64,000 bases of DNA from a virus (taxonomy: Duplodnaviria > Caudoviricetes): positions 488 to 64,487 of IMG/VR virus record IMGVR_UViG_3300017569_000129. One strand, 5' to 3'. The notes under the pieces were generated by a model. That model had not been told where the DNA came from and searched no databases. It worked only from the letters and a program-made list of their open reading frames with translations. Every line of letters starts with the position of its first letter. The stretch's first letter is position 1. Positions 18,603 to 29,500 of the stretch are shown here, piece after piece. The translations under genes and the position numbers were made by a program.

Positions 18603-21600
18603 TTATTGGACGTTAGATCTCGCATAATAATTAATAGATGTATCTATCTGATCCCCTAATTTGTCTATCTGTTTATACCAAGTGACTACAGGTAAAGGCG
18701 CTTTGAGAAAATTAGCTTCCAATGTACTCATACCTTTATAAGGACCAGATGTCTTTTCATCAATCCAGTCTCCAGGCGAGAATACACTTCGTATAAGATT
18801 AATCATATTGTTAATAGAACTCATTATGGGCAATGGAGACTGTATTGTTTTTGCCAACTCCTGTGCTTGCATTATAGAGGGTGTAAGCATCCCCAGTTCA
18901 TGTTTTTCTCTTTGTGCTATATATTCTGCATATTTCAATACCCATGGCCTTTTTTTATCATCTGGCCAAGGAGCATAGGTAGCAATAAGATATACACATA
19001 AGCATTGGATTATTTCAAAAACAGCTCTTTTGATGTTGGATTTTTCATCGTCTGATAACTCATCCCAATTAGCAGCTATTTGAATTTTACCTCTAAGCGC
19101 CTCGTTCATAAAATTGCAAAGAAATTTTTTCGCTAAAAACTTTCCTGCTGTTCTATAGTAACCCTCTTCAGTTTTACCTGTCAGAAGATTTACTTGTGCT
19201 TTTTGGAATCTATGATTAAATTGAGGCTTGATCCATTGCCTATACTGCAGTAACGCTCTTCCTAAGACCATCCTTTGGGCGACCACAGAATCTTCATCGT
19301 TATAAATACCAAACAATTTATGCCCCATTCTTTGTATTTTCCGGCTTACTTTATCAAGATCTAAAGAAAGTCCATCTGAATCAAGAGTTCCATCAGGAAC
19401 AACCATTTTCTTAATGTCACTTCTATCGGAAAAAGTATTTATTATTTGCAAGGCCTCAAGCAAAGACATCTGAGTATAATCACTTACATCACTTACTTTT
19501 GCAAATTGTTTATTATAACCTAAAGCATTATACTCTATTGGTATTTTCTTTATTTCGGTTAATGGTATAATTTTATCTAAAGAGGGCTTAGTATCTTTAA
19601 AAAACTTACCATCCTGTAAAAGCTGATTAGTGCCCTCAATCACCGAATACTCAGCAGTACCTTCTTCTCCTGCAGAAACAGCCCCTGCGGGAGTATCATA
19701 ATGCACTTGTATCGGAATAATATTAAGACCTTTTACTGTAATGCCATATTCTTCTTCGAGAAATCTTTTATAAAGACTCAGCTGCATAGCCCAGTGGTGT
19801 TTAGTTGTGTTTCTGATCTTGCCTCTATGTGTCTTCATGTCGTATATATAGAAATTACCCTGTCTGTCATAGACAAGTAAATCCAATGTTCCAGCTACAT
19901 TAAGTTCTCTTATAATTCCATTGTCGTTTATTCTGATTTTACCCCTTGCGACTATATCTCTCGGCACTACACTAAGCCCCTTCTTGTCAAACTCTATTTT
20001 TAAAGAGGATAACTGCTCAAGAAAAGCATTTAGATCTTCTGTTTTAACGTTAGGATAAATAGCTTCTAAATCATCTCCTTTACTGTCATGATGCCATACT
20101 CCATCGTCAGTTTTAACTAACAGGTCAGCAAAGAAATCTCTTACAAGATTATCTATACCCGTTCCAATATTAGTAGAAGGAGTTTTCCATGCTTCACTTA
20201 TATCATTTGATTCATTTTGCATTGATATTACAGAAGTTACACGGGCATACGAAGTGCCCGTAGCCTTATTTATATAACTTTGCTCAGCCTCTGTAAGAGA
20301 CATATTATGAGAGTTCTCTATAATAGAGTCAATAGTATCTAAAGCATCATTCAGCCCTTTTACTTTCTTTACTACTTTTGTTTTTGTGGGAACTAAAACT
20401 TGCATTGCCTGACAATAAGCAAGAGCTACTCTGTTGTAAAGCCAAAAATCTCCTCCCGTTTGTCCTATAAATGCAAAATTAGAACCAAAGATTTTTTGTA
20501 GAATATTTTTCTTCTGATTTCTTTTTATATCACTGCTAAAGTCTCCTTTAATATTAAACAGCTTATCAAATAAGGAGAGAAAGTTTGTTTTGTTCCTACT
20601 CCCTAATTCTGACATATAAGCAGGCAAATATGAAAAAAATGTCTTATCCGCTTTTAGCAAAGCCGAAGCGTTAAAGTACTGACCTGCAGCAGCTTCTATA
20701 TTAGCCATTGCTATACCAGTCGCAATATTAGCACTATTGGCAAGAAAATTAAAGCCTAATTGAGCCATAGAATTAAGACTTAACAGCATATTGCCTATTT
20801 TCCCCTTACTTAATTTAAGTAGCCCTGTATCAATAACACCTGCATCTTTCATGTAACGTTGGTATATATGGCTTTCCATCCATTCATTCAGCTTTCTTTC
20901 ACTATTAGTATCTCCTTTATAGATGGTATTGACTACTTTATGTCCTAAAACATTTATACGCTCTTTTACAGAATTATCTCCACGTGTTTGTTGTACCCTT
21001 CTTTCTCCGCTTGTCATATAATCCTTAGCTGTTTCCAACGGGTCAACAATTTTATCCATTTCGTTATAAAGATTAGTTGAATAGGAATACACAAGCAAAT
21101 CAGCGAAAATATCTGTTGAAAGCTCTTCTGGGTTTTTAAGATTTGTTGTATAAAGAACAGGTAATGCCATATATTCAGTTCCATCAAAATTTGTCAATGA
21201 AGATTTAGCATTGCCGTAAAGCTGGTCATCATCTTCCGCCTCTAAAAAGGCTTGCTTAGTAGCCTCTTTCAGATTACTCCACAAATGAGTTGGGTTTGCT
21301 AAAGAATCTAAAAGTCTATTTCCAGAAGATTTCCTTCGCTGTATTGCTTTAAAAGCACTGACCCTATTATCAGGATATTTATTATCCGCTCTCCATTTTA
21401 GTGTCATATACTCTTCATAAAGAGCTTTTTTTATAGGATTAGCTTGCATATCCGCATATTCTTTATTCAGCCATTTTTCTATAGGTTTGGGCATAGACGG
21501 GTCTTCTGCGTCCGCATATTTTTTGATCCAGTCTTTGTATTCTTTTAGCTTGCCTTTAGCATCTTCGCCTTTAGGATTTTTCCCATATCTTTTATCTAAA

Positions 21601-23522
21601 CTTTCTATAAAATTTTGTTTAGCTTCCCTAAATGCTCCTATGTTATACTCACTTATATAATTTCCTGTTTTCCTTCCTTTAGAATCCTTCTCAAACATCC
21701 ACTCATAATCAGTTATGCCATTTTCTTCAGCAAAGAGTCTGAGTCTTGTAATCTCGTCAGCATCTTGTATAGTTTGTTGTCTGGCATTATCATTAGCTTT
21801 TTTTGCTACCGCATCAAACATCTGTAAAAATAAATCAGAAGAGTTACCCATAGAGTCTAAGTACAGATCTGTAAAAGATATATCTTTTACCGCTTCCTGT
21901 ATTACAGACTCTATATTTATTTTTTCGCCCTTATGTGAACCAGCAGTTAAAGTAATATCATTGCCAAAAAAAGGACGAAAAAACTCCGTAACAGCTTTTT
22001 TTGTATATATAAAATACCTTTCTGTTAATTGATCGGACAGCGCATTAAGTTCATTAATCATCTCGGACATAGAGACAACAGTACCATCTTCCAATTCTAT
22101 ATCTGTGAGAAAATCTGGAACTTCCTCATCTTCCTCAGTGTCTATTATAGCTTTTTGCATATCTTTGATAAAACCACTATAAGACTGAATATAACTTCTT
22201 GCTCTTCTCAATGTGGCAAAAGAGGGTAACCCTGTATAAGTTCTTCTTGTTAAAGATTCTTCTACAGATTTTAAATCCTCAATGGCTTTTATCCCATAAT
22301 TGTACAAACCTATTCTTGTATCTTTTTCCTGTTCTTCAAATTCTTCCAATGATGAAATTTTTTCTTTTTGCGCTAATTTTTCTTCAGGAGATATTTTGGG
22401 ACTTATTCTATAACGTTTTACTTCAATATTTTTAATTTTTTTCAAAATATCAATATTTGCTTTTATCCTGTCACTTAAAGCATTAAATTGAGCTTTTCTA
22501 TCAACTGCTCTCAATTTGTCTTGTTTAATTTGCAGTTGGTTGTTTAAGATTTCTTTCGCAAGCTGACCCATTAAGCCATTAGCTTCAGTAATAGCTTTTT
22601 GTATTTTTTCCGCATCTATTTTTCTAAATTTGCCTTTAATGTTTGCAAGCACTTTATTAATAAGAAAGTTTACAGACTTAGGAGATTTCGATATTTCTGC
22701 AGCCAAATTTTCCCTCAACAATTTTCCTAACGCTTCTTCAGCAATCAATTCCATATCTCCATCTTGAAAGTCATAAACAAGGTCATATTCTTCTCCAAGA
22801 ACTTCTTTAAGAACATCTGTATTATTTAAAGCGTTTAATGCTCTTTGTATAATAGCTTCGTTCTTATAAGCCCCAATAACAAGATGAGAAAATTCTTCTC
22901 CAATAGCTTTATAACCTTCTTGATTATTAGCTACTCGAATAACACTAATACAGTCTTCAGCAAGATTTTTCACTTTGCTGAAATCTGTAATCCCAACTCT
23001 TCCTGCAGCCATTTCAGCTTCTGTCAAATCTCCTATAGTAATGCCTACAGAAGAAAGAATATCCGCCAATTTTTCATTTAACACCTGTGTAGAATACTGC
23101 TCATTGGCAATTTGTTCAGCCTGTCTTGTTCTTCTTTGCACTGATACTTTTAAACTGTCGGAATCTGAATCTCTATCAATTATAGCTATGTATTTTATAT
23201 TGTTAGGATTGCTGTTATAAAGTTGCGCTTCTTGAACAAGTCTTGTATAGTTTTCTATAGTATCCTTTAGAACAGGAAATTTTTTTTCAAGGCCTTTTAT
23301 TATTGTATCTTCTCCAAGCAGTTCTTGAATTTGCTTATCTTCAAGCAATTCTTGAATGTTAGGAAATCCCTCAGAGTCTAATTTAAAATTTTTTCCCTCA
23401 AGAAATGCAGGTAATGTACTAACAGCCCATATTTTCCAAGCTGTCCTATAACTAAATCTTTCTTTAAGGTCATTGAATAATTGAAGACCTTTATCAGGTT
23501 TTGTTTTGCAATATTTCGCCAT
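18603..23522 (-). CDS. Large virion cargo protein (1639 aa) with inserted PD-(D/E)xK nuclease domain
   Basis: RVTSVI, GTGID, AGTLDLL..IYDMKT and QLSLY motifs; degenerate zincin EEFSH near the N-terminus. Confidence 0.75.
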   Translation of the reverse strand: MAKYCKTKPDKGLQLFNDLKERFSYRTAWKIWAVSTLPAFLEGKNFKLDSEGFPNIQELLEDKQIQELLGEDTIIKGLEKKFPVLKDTIENYTRLVQEAQLYNSNPNNIKYIAIIDRDSDSDSLKVSVQRRTRQAEQIANEQYSTQVLNEKLADILSSVGITIGDLTEAEMAAGRVGITDFSKVKNLAEDCISVIRVANNQEGYKAIGEEFSHLVIGAYKNEAIIQRALNALNNTDVLKEVLGEEYDLVYDFQDGDMELIAEEALGKLLRENLAAEISKSPKSVNFLINKVLANIKGKFRKIDAEKIQKAITEANGLMGQLAKEILNNQLQIKQDKLRAVDRKAQFNALSDRIKANIDILKKIKNIEVKRYRISPKISPEEKLAQKEKISSLEEFEEQEKDTRIGLYNYGIKAIEDLKSVEESLTRRTYTGLPSFATLRRARSYIQSYSGFIKDMQKAIIDTEEDEEVPDFLTDIELEDGTVVSMSEMINELNALSDQLTERYFIYTKKAVTEFFRPFFGNDITLTAGSHKGEKINIESVIQEAVKDISFTDLYLDSMGNSSDLFLQMFDAVAKKANDNARQQTIQDADEITRLRLFAEENGITDYEWMFEKDSKGRKTGNYISEYNIGAFREAKQNFIESLDKRYGKNPKGEDAKGKLKEYKDWIKKYADAEDPSMPKPIEKWLNKEYADMQANPIKKALYEEYMTLKWRADNKYPDNRVSAFKAIQRRKSSGNRLLDSLANPTHLWSNLKEATKQAFLEAEDDDQLYGNAKSSLTNFDGTEYMALPVLYTTNLKNPEELSTDIFADLLVYSYSTNLYNEMDKIVDPLETAKDYMTSGERRVQQTRGDNSVKERINVLGHKVVNTIYKGDTNSERKLNEWMESHIYQRYMKDAGVIDTGLLKLSKGKIGNMLLSLNSMAQLGFNFLANSANIATGIAMANIEAAAGQYFNASALLKADKTFFSYLPAYMSELGSRNKTNFLSLFDKLFNIKGDFSSDIKRNQKKNILQKIFGSNFAFIGQTGGDFWLYNRVALAYCQAMQVLVPTKTKVVKKVKGLNDALDTIDSIIENSHNMSLTEAEQSYINKATGTSYARVTSVISMQNESNDISEAWKTPSTNIGTGIDNLVRDFFADLLVKTDDGVWHHDSKGDDLEAIYPNVKTEDLNAFLEQLSSLKIEFDKKGLSVVPRDIVARGKIRINDNGIIRELNVAGTLDLLVYDRQGNFYIYDMKTHRGKIRNTTKHHWAMQLSLYKRFLEEEYGITVKGLNIIPIQVHYDTPAGAVSAGEEGTAEYSVIEGTNQLLQDGKFFKDTKPSLDKIIPLTEIKKIPIEYNALGYNKQFAKVSDVSDYTQMSLLEALQIINTFSDRSDIKKMVVPDGTLDSDGLSLDLDKVSRKIQRMGHKLFGIYNDEDSVVAQRMVLGRALLQYRQWIKPQFNHRFQKAQVNLLTGKTEEGYYRTAGKFLAKKFLCNFMNEALRGKIQIAANWDELSDDEKSNIKRAVFEIIQCLCVYLIATYAPWPDDKKRPWVLKYAEYIAQREKHELGMLTPSIMQAQELAKTIQSPLPIMSSINNMINLIRSVFSPGDWIDEKTSGPYKGMSTLEANFLKAPLPVVTWYKQIDKLGDQIDTSINYYARSNVQ

Positions 23523-23541
23523 ATCTTTAATATTTTAATAT

Positions 23542-26500
23542 TTAACAAGATTTTTCCTCTTTAAGCACTTTGTCTGCTAATGCACTTAGGTTCTGAATAC
23601 GCTCATTATTATCTTTATGATTATCAAAATTTCCAGAAAGATTTTCAAAATGGATTCTTCTCATCATTTCCTCTTCAGAAATTTTTAGCGCTTCTTCTAT
23701 GTTAGCAAATGATGTCTCATTTTGTTCCGCCCATGTAACATCATCATCTTCAGTATTGACAGAAGCTATTATGGCAGCATTGCTCTCATCTTGTTCTTCT
23801 TCTGGCGAAGAAACAGTACTTGCCAAAACAGCATTACTTTCATCAGTATCAATTTCACCATTAGTTTCTGCTAATGCATCCGCTGATGGACTATCTGTAG
23901 TTTCTGTATTATCTATAGAAATAGATTGTCGGACAGATTTTTTATTTTTTTTCTTATCTAATGCTTTTTTCTTTTCTTCTATTAAAACTAATCTATTGTT
24001 CCAATAGCTCTTTTGCATATTATATGCACTATCATTTGCGTTGTAAACTGGGCCTGGCTCATCAAATAAGGGCAATGGTTTATATATAAGGAGACTGTCA
24101 TTATTATTTTCTTTGGGATTATAACTACTCCGATCTAATTCAAATATTCTCATTTCTTTTGAGCCTTTTTCTTTAGGTACCCTTATATATTTATTAGGAG
24201 CACCACTATCCCATATATTGAACAGGTTGCCTTGCTTTAAAGACACACTGCCATCTTCATTATAAATAACAGATTGCTTTGCACTGGAGTAGGTTCTTAT
24301 AATGTCTTCCCGCGCATGATTTGCCAACCATTGCATTTTAAATTTTTGCATTAACGATGCAAGATGCTCAGAATCATACTTAAACGTTCTCAGTTGCTTA
24401 ATTACTTCAGGAAAAGCGTTCCAGTAAGTTGCATCAAAATAAGTTCCAAAGGTTTCTCCTTTATAATTAAATCCATTATTATAAAAACTATATAGGAACA
24501 AGTCCTTTGCAAATTTCACTACTTCTGGATTAGGACTGTATAACAGAGCATTTAAATCTCTTCTTACAGCAGCTTTCATTTGAGGTGTCATTTTGCCGCT
24601 TCGAGGTAATTTTATTATAGGATAAATATCACCCACACTTATCATCCTGCTCACTGTTGGATTATTTCTAAGTTCTTCTATACGATTAACAGTAGCTTTG
24701 AAAATCTCCCTTTTTGGAAAGCGATATAGATAATAAGCTCTTTTTACGTTGAAAGTCTCTTCTTCATTATCTCCGAAAGTTTTAGTATCGGTTAATATAA
24801 ACTGCATAAACTCTTTAAAGAAGTCATTTATTTGTCTTTCTGTCATGACTCCATCCTTTGTTTGATCCATAATGGCATCACACAAATTAATTAACTCCGG
24901 AAGTCCCTGAACAAAATATCGTTGCATAACTGAGATAGGAAGTTCCATACCTAAACTATAAAAAGCCTGCACAGCAGGAAGTCTTGATTGCATCAGCGTT
25001 CTTTCCATTGTTTCCCTACTATCTAATGTGGTTATTTTGTTATTTTCGATAAACTCCTTGACAGTTTGGGAAGAAGAATTGCCTAAACCACGGAAAGAAC
25101 TCTTATACAGTTCTAACTTCTTGGCTACTATATCCACTTGTCTTCTTTGTAGTAATGCAGCTGGAAAAGTTGTGGCTAACGCATTATTTGGAGAATCTGC
25201 TTTCATAATATCGTTTCCTAATTTCAATTCTTTTTTTAAAGAATTGATATGCTCATAAAAGCTATAGCCTTTCCATAAAAGATATAACATATTTAACATA
25301 TCTTCTTTTGATATGGAAGAGTCTTCTATACTGTTATAGAAAGCACTGACAGACTCTTTATCAGTACTACTGTAATTACGAATTGCTTGCAATAATTGCG
25401 GGTATTTATTTGCATATAGTTGTGCTTGCAATAGCTCTTCGGAAGTGATTTCTATAAGTTCTGTTCTTGGAAAATCGCCTTTAATATCCCAGTGTTTTTT
25501 TAATTTTGCACTGACCTTTTCAAGCTGTTTTAGGGTCAGCTGCTGTTTAACAACACCGAAAACAAGGGCAATCTCTTCTACAGACATACCTAAACGAGCC
25601 ATCAACAAAGTATTGCCTGCTGTAAACATATTTTGATATAAATCCGCTAATACTTGGTCTTTAGCATTATCTACAGAAGCTGCTTGAAATTCAGCTATTG
25701 TATTTTGAATATAGTCAGCATCAACGAGTTCTCCGTTTATAATCTCTTGTCTTCGTTGCTCATGCAAACTGCTCAACACTCTTCCATTAACTTTAACTTC
25801 TTGTCCTTTTGCCAGTCTTAAATTTGTTTCTTGTGCTTTGGTGTGTACAGAAGAACCGTTGGCATATACACCAATAAGACTTGCTCCTGTCATATTCTGA
25901 CTATGAAAATATACAAAAGTAGAAGGAATAAGAGAATTGATGGCAGGCTGGTATTCTTCAAGAAAAGTGTCCAGTGCTTTTAATGTTACAATATCTTTAC
26001 CCGCATTGTCTTTTTTATTGAATAGTTCAAGTATGCTTGCAGCATCCATTGCTCTGTTCCTAATTTCAGTTCGTTCTTCTTCCGAGTAAACGATATTACC
26101 ATTTTCTTGATGCCCATAATTTCCAAAAACAGCTATAAACTGCTCAGTTAACTTAGGATTGCTTATTATTTGAGACAATTTTTTCTGTTTTTTAAGATTA
26201 TCAAAATTGCCAGGAAAATATACTTGTGAAGACCCCCAGGAGGATGTGAGAATAGCATATTCAATATCTATCATCAAGTTATCCCGTTGTTCTTTAGACA
26301 TATTGCCCTTACTTGTAATCTTCCATGTTTCATTATTTTTAGTATAGACATCCAAGTCCTCCAAACTATATTGTAGTTTTCTTATCTTACCTGTTCTTTT
26401 ATAATATGCATCATCTATAGCAGGTATTCTCAAAAAAAGTTTGTCCACATCAAAGTCAGAACCCGCTATATATGTAATATCCGCAGGGAGCATAATAGCA

Positions 26501-29500
26501 GAACCGTTTTGCTGTGGAAGAAAGCCTACTACTTTTAAAGGAAGCATAGAATATTTGTTTTCTGTAGGAATACGATAGCCTACCATCCTAAGAATATCAG
26601 GACATTCTCTTTGCATAGTCTCAATATCAATATATTCGAATCCTTCTTCATGAGACACTGCATCCTTCAAAGTCTTAACTGTCTTCTTGCCCTTTTTAAG
26701 GTATCTCGTAAAAAATTTTTTACTCCATGCAGGCAACATACACTCAGCAGCTATAATGTTCCCATTTTCGTCTCTTTCTATATTAAGATGTCTGCTCAAT
26801 CCACAACATGCTACTTGAATACAGTTGCCTCCATTGATAGTTTGCTTTGTTATATTATTTTTAAATATTGAAGTTAAGAGTTCTTGGACTTGATTACTTA
26901 TTGTGGGCAAGTCCATTGGAAGATTAAACACTTCCATTGTTTCGTTTGGGGATAACGGATTTGGTATTTCTATTATTTGCAATGCTTCAATGATGTCTGA
27001 ACCATATTTTGGATTGCCTTTTATAATACTAAAGATGTATTGCTGTAGTTGATGAATATTTCCGAAAGTTTTACTTACTTTTTCGTAGGAGTCTAATAAA
27101 TTATTGACAATGGCCCCTCTATATAAATCCCTTATTTGTTGTCTGTTTAATATATAATCTTTTCCCTCTATAGTTAATGTAATGTGGAAGTTTTCAGGTA
27201 AATTAGCTAATATAAGGTTTCTAAATTGAGAACCTGATGTAGCATTTTCCTGATCCATAAGATGCTCTGGGGTGGGCTGTGCTACCATATAATCCGTATA
27301 TGAATGCTGGTGCAGAACTTCATGGTCAAAGGAGTTGTTTTGAATGTCTAATGCTTGTAGATTGGCAGTACCATCTTCATTCTTGGGAGCAATGGCAGCT
27401 TCAAGTGCATCAAAAACTTCTCCGTCAGTAGGCTCTATATCAGACATTATATTATTATAGGCATCTTGTGACAGATTACCCTCATCAAGATACTTGTCCA
27501 TTATTTTCTTAAAATCCTCGAATACAGGAACACCGTCTATCACACCTATGGAATCGAAATCCTCCTCAGTAAGAGTACCATCTTCGTATAAAGACTCAAC
27601 TTTACTAGTAAGAGCTTCATCATTATAATTAAGGTTTATGATGCCCTGTCCGCCAGTTTTAACGGCAGACTCAAATTGAATAACATCGACATCAGGATGT
27701 GCTGCAAAAAATCTACCTATACCTTTTAAAAAGTCAGATTTCTGCAAAGAGGCAGCAATAAGATCGTAGAAAGCTAATACCAAAAATTCCGAGTTTTTAT
27801 TTTGATGTGATACTCTTATTTTCCTACCATAATAAGGACTTTTTTCATTTAAAGTTCCACTGTCTTTAAAATCATTGGTAAATAAGAAGGGCTTGACTAT
27901 TTGATATATAACGCTTAAATCTTTATGGTCATACTTTCCTGTCAATAATCTATTAAAAGATTCTTCCATTTCATCATTCCATTTGCCCATCATATCTAAA
28001 ATAGCTCTAAAGGCATAAGGATTTCTAAAAGCCTGCGCATCCGCTACGTTAATGTTCTTAGCCCCTTCAAGTATCCATTCTCTCTGTCCTGGAGTGAGCC
28101 ATCCTTCACTTACAGCCATTTCAAGCTGTTTCTTTAATCCTGTATATCTTGAAGCTGTTTGTATGGAGTCTCTAATATAGAGAGTGTTCTCAATTTTTCT
28201 GCCATACTTAGTGTTTGTATTTAACCGATTTCCCGCAGCATAAACCTCTTTAAATCTCTTTTGAAAATCTAAAGGGTTTTTATAAAAAGCAAGATCGGTA
28301 GTAGTCATTTGTATTATTTGGGAAGTAGCGAAAGTACTATTCCAAAAATAATTTTCCAGCTTTACTATTACTTGTTCTCTTATATCTTCTTTTTTGACAT
28401 AGGCTTTATCTATAACCTTTAAATGCTGCAACTGTTTCCCGAACTCTTGAAGATCCTGTAGAGAAAAATTTGTTATAAACTCTTGATATAAAGAATCCAT
28501 AATATCGTTTATTGCAATAGCAATAATTTCGCGCAGAGTTTCATAATCACCTGCTTTAATATATTCTTTACAGGTTTCACTAAATAATCTACCGTCTGAC
28601 ATTCTGTAATTATTTAATTCCGGGAAAAAGCAGAACTTATCTCCACGCTTGTCAAAATTTTGAATAGTAGCAACTCCAGATTTGTTTCTGTCTTTTACAA
28701 GCCCTATTCTATCAAGTTCTTGTATTACTATATCAACAAAATGAGGAAGTAATTGCTCCTTATATGTTCTTCTGTTTCCATTTTCCTCGTCAATATATTT
28801 TTTCATAGTAATAAACATACAAGTAGGAGAATCTGAAAAGATTGGCATATTATAATCAGCTAAAGCAGTTCCTGCCTCTTGATAGTCTCCATACTTAAAA
28901 TATTGGGCAAAAAGAACCTTCCATGTCTGCCTCTCATTCCAATCTGCATATACAACAGTTTCCAAATTACCTTGTTCTTTACTGCCCTCATTTAGACTTA
29001 TAACTTCAAATACTTGTAATTTTTCACGTAAGTATTCTCCTTCATAACTGTCTGAAGACAAAAGGTTAATCCATTCATTTCTGAATTTATTATTTTTGAA
29101 AAACCAAGGATCTTCTTTGAACTCTTTTTTTATAAACTGTTCTCTACGTGAATCATTTTTTATGGACTTTACCATATTTATAATATAGTTAGTCGCTGAG
29201 TAAGAAAACCTTGTCTCTTCTCCTTCTCTAAAAGACTGCACATGGTCCAATTCAGAGATTTGTCCTACTATGGAAGCTATCTTCTTTAAATCTTGTTTGA
29301 AGAAAAGCACATAGTTATCATCATTTTTAAAGCCTTTACTTTTGGTATTGTCATTTCTTTTTATGCTGCCCGATGTTTCATTTAAAATATAAGTAATAGA
29401 CTGCTTTAACTTTTTCCAGTTTTTATCCCCCCTTTTAGGGTCATGAGCCAGTAATTGAAAATTACCAAGAATATATTTTTCAGAAACATCAAATCCCATT

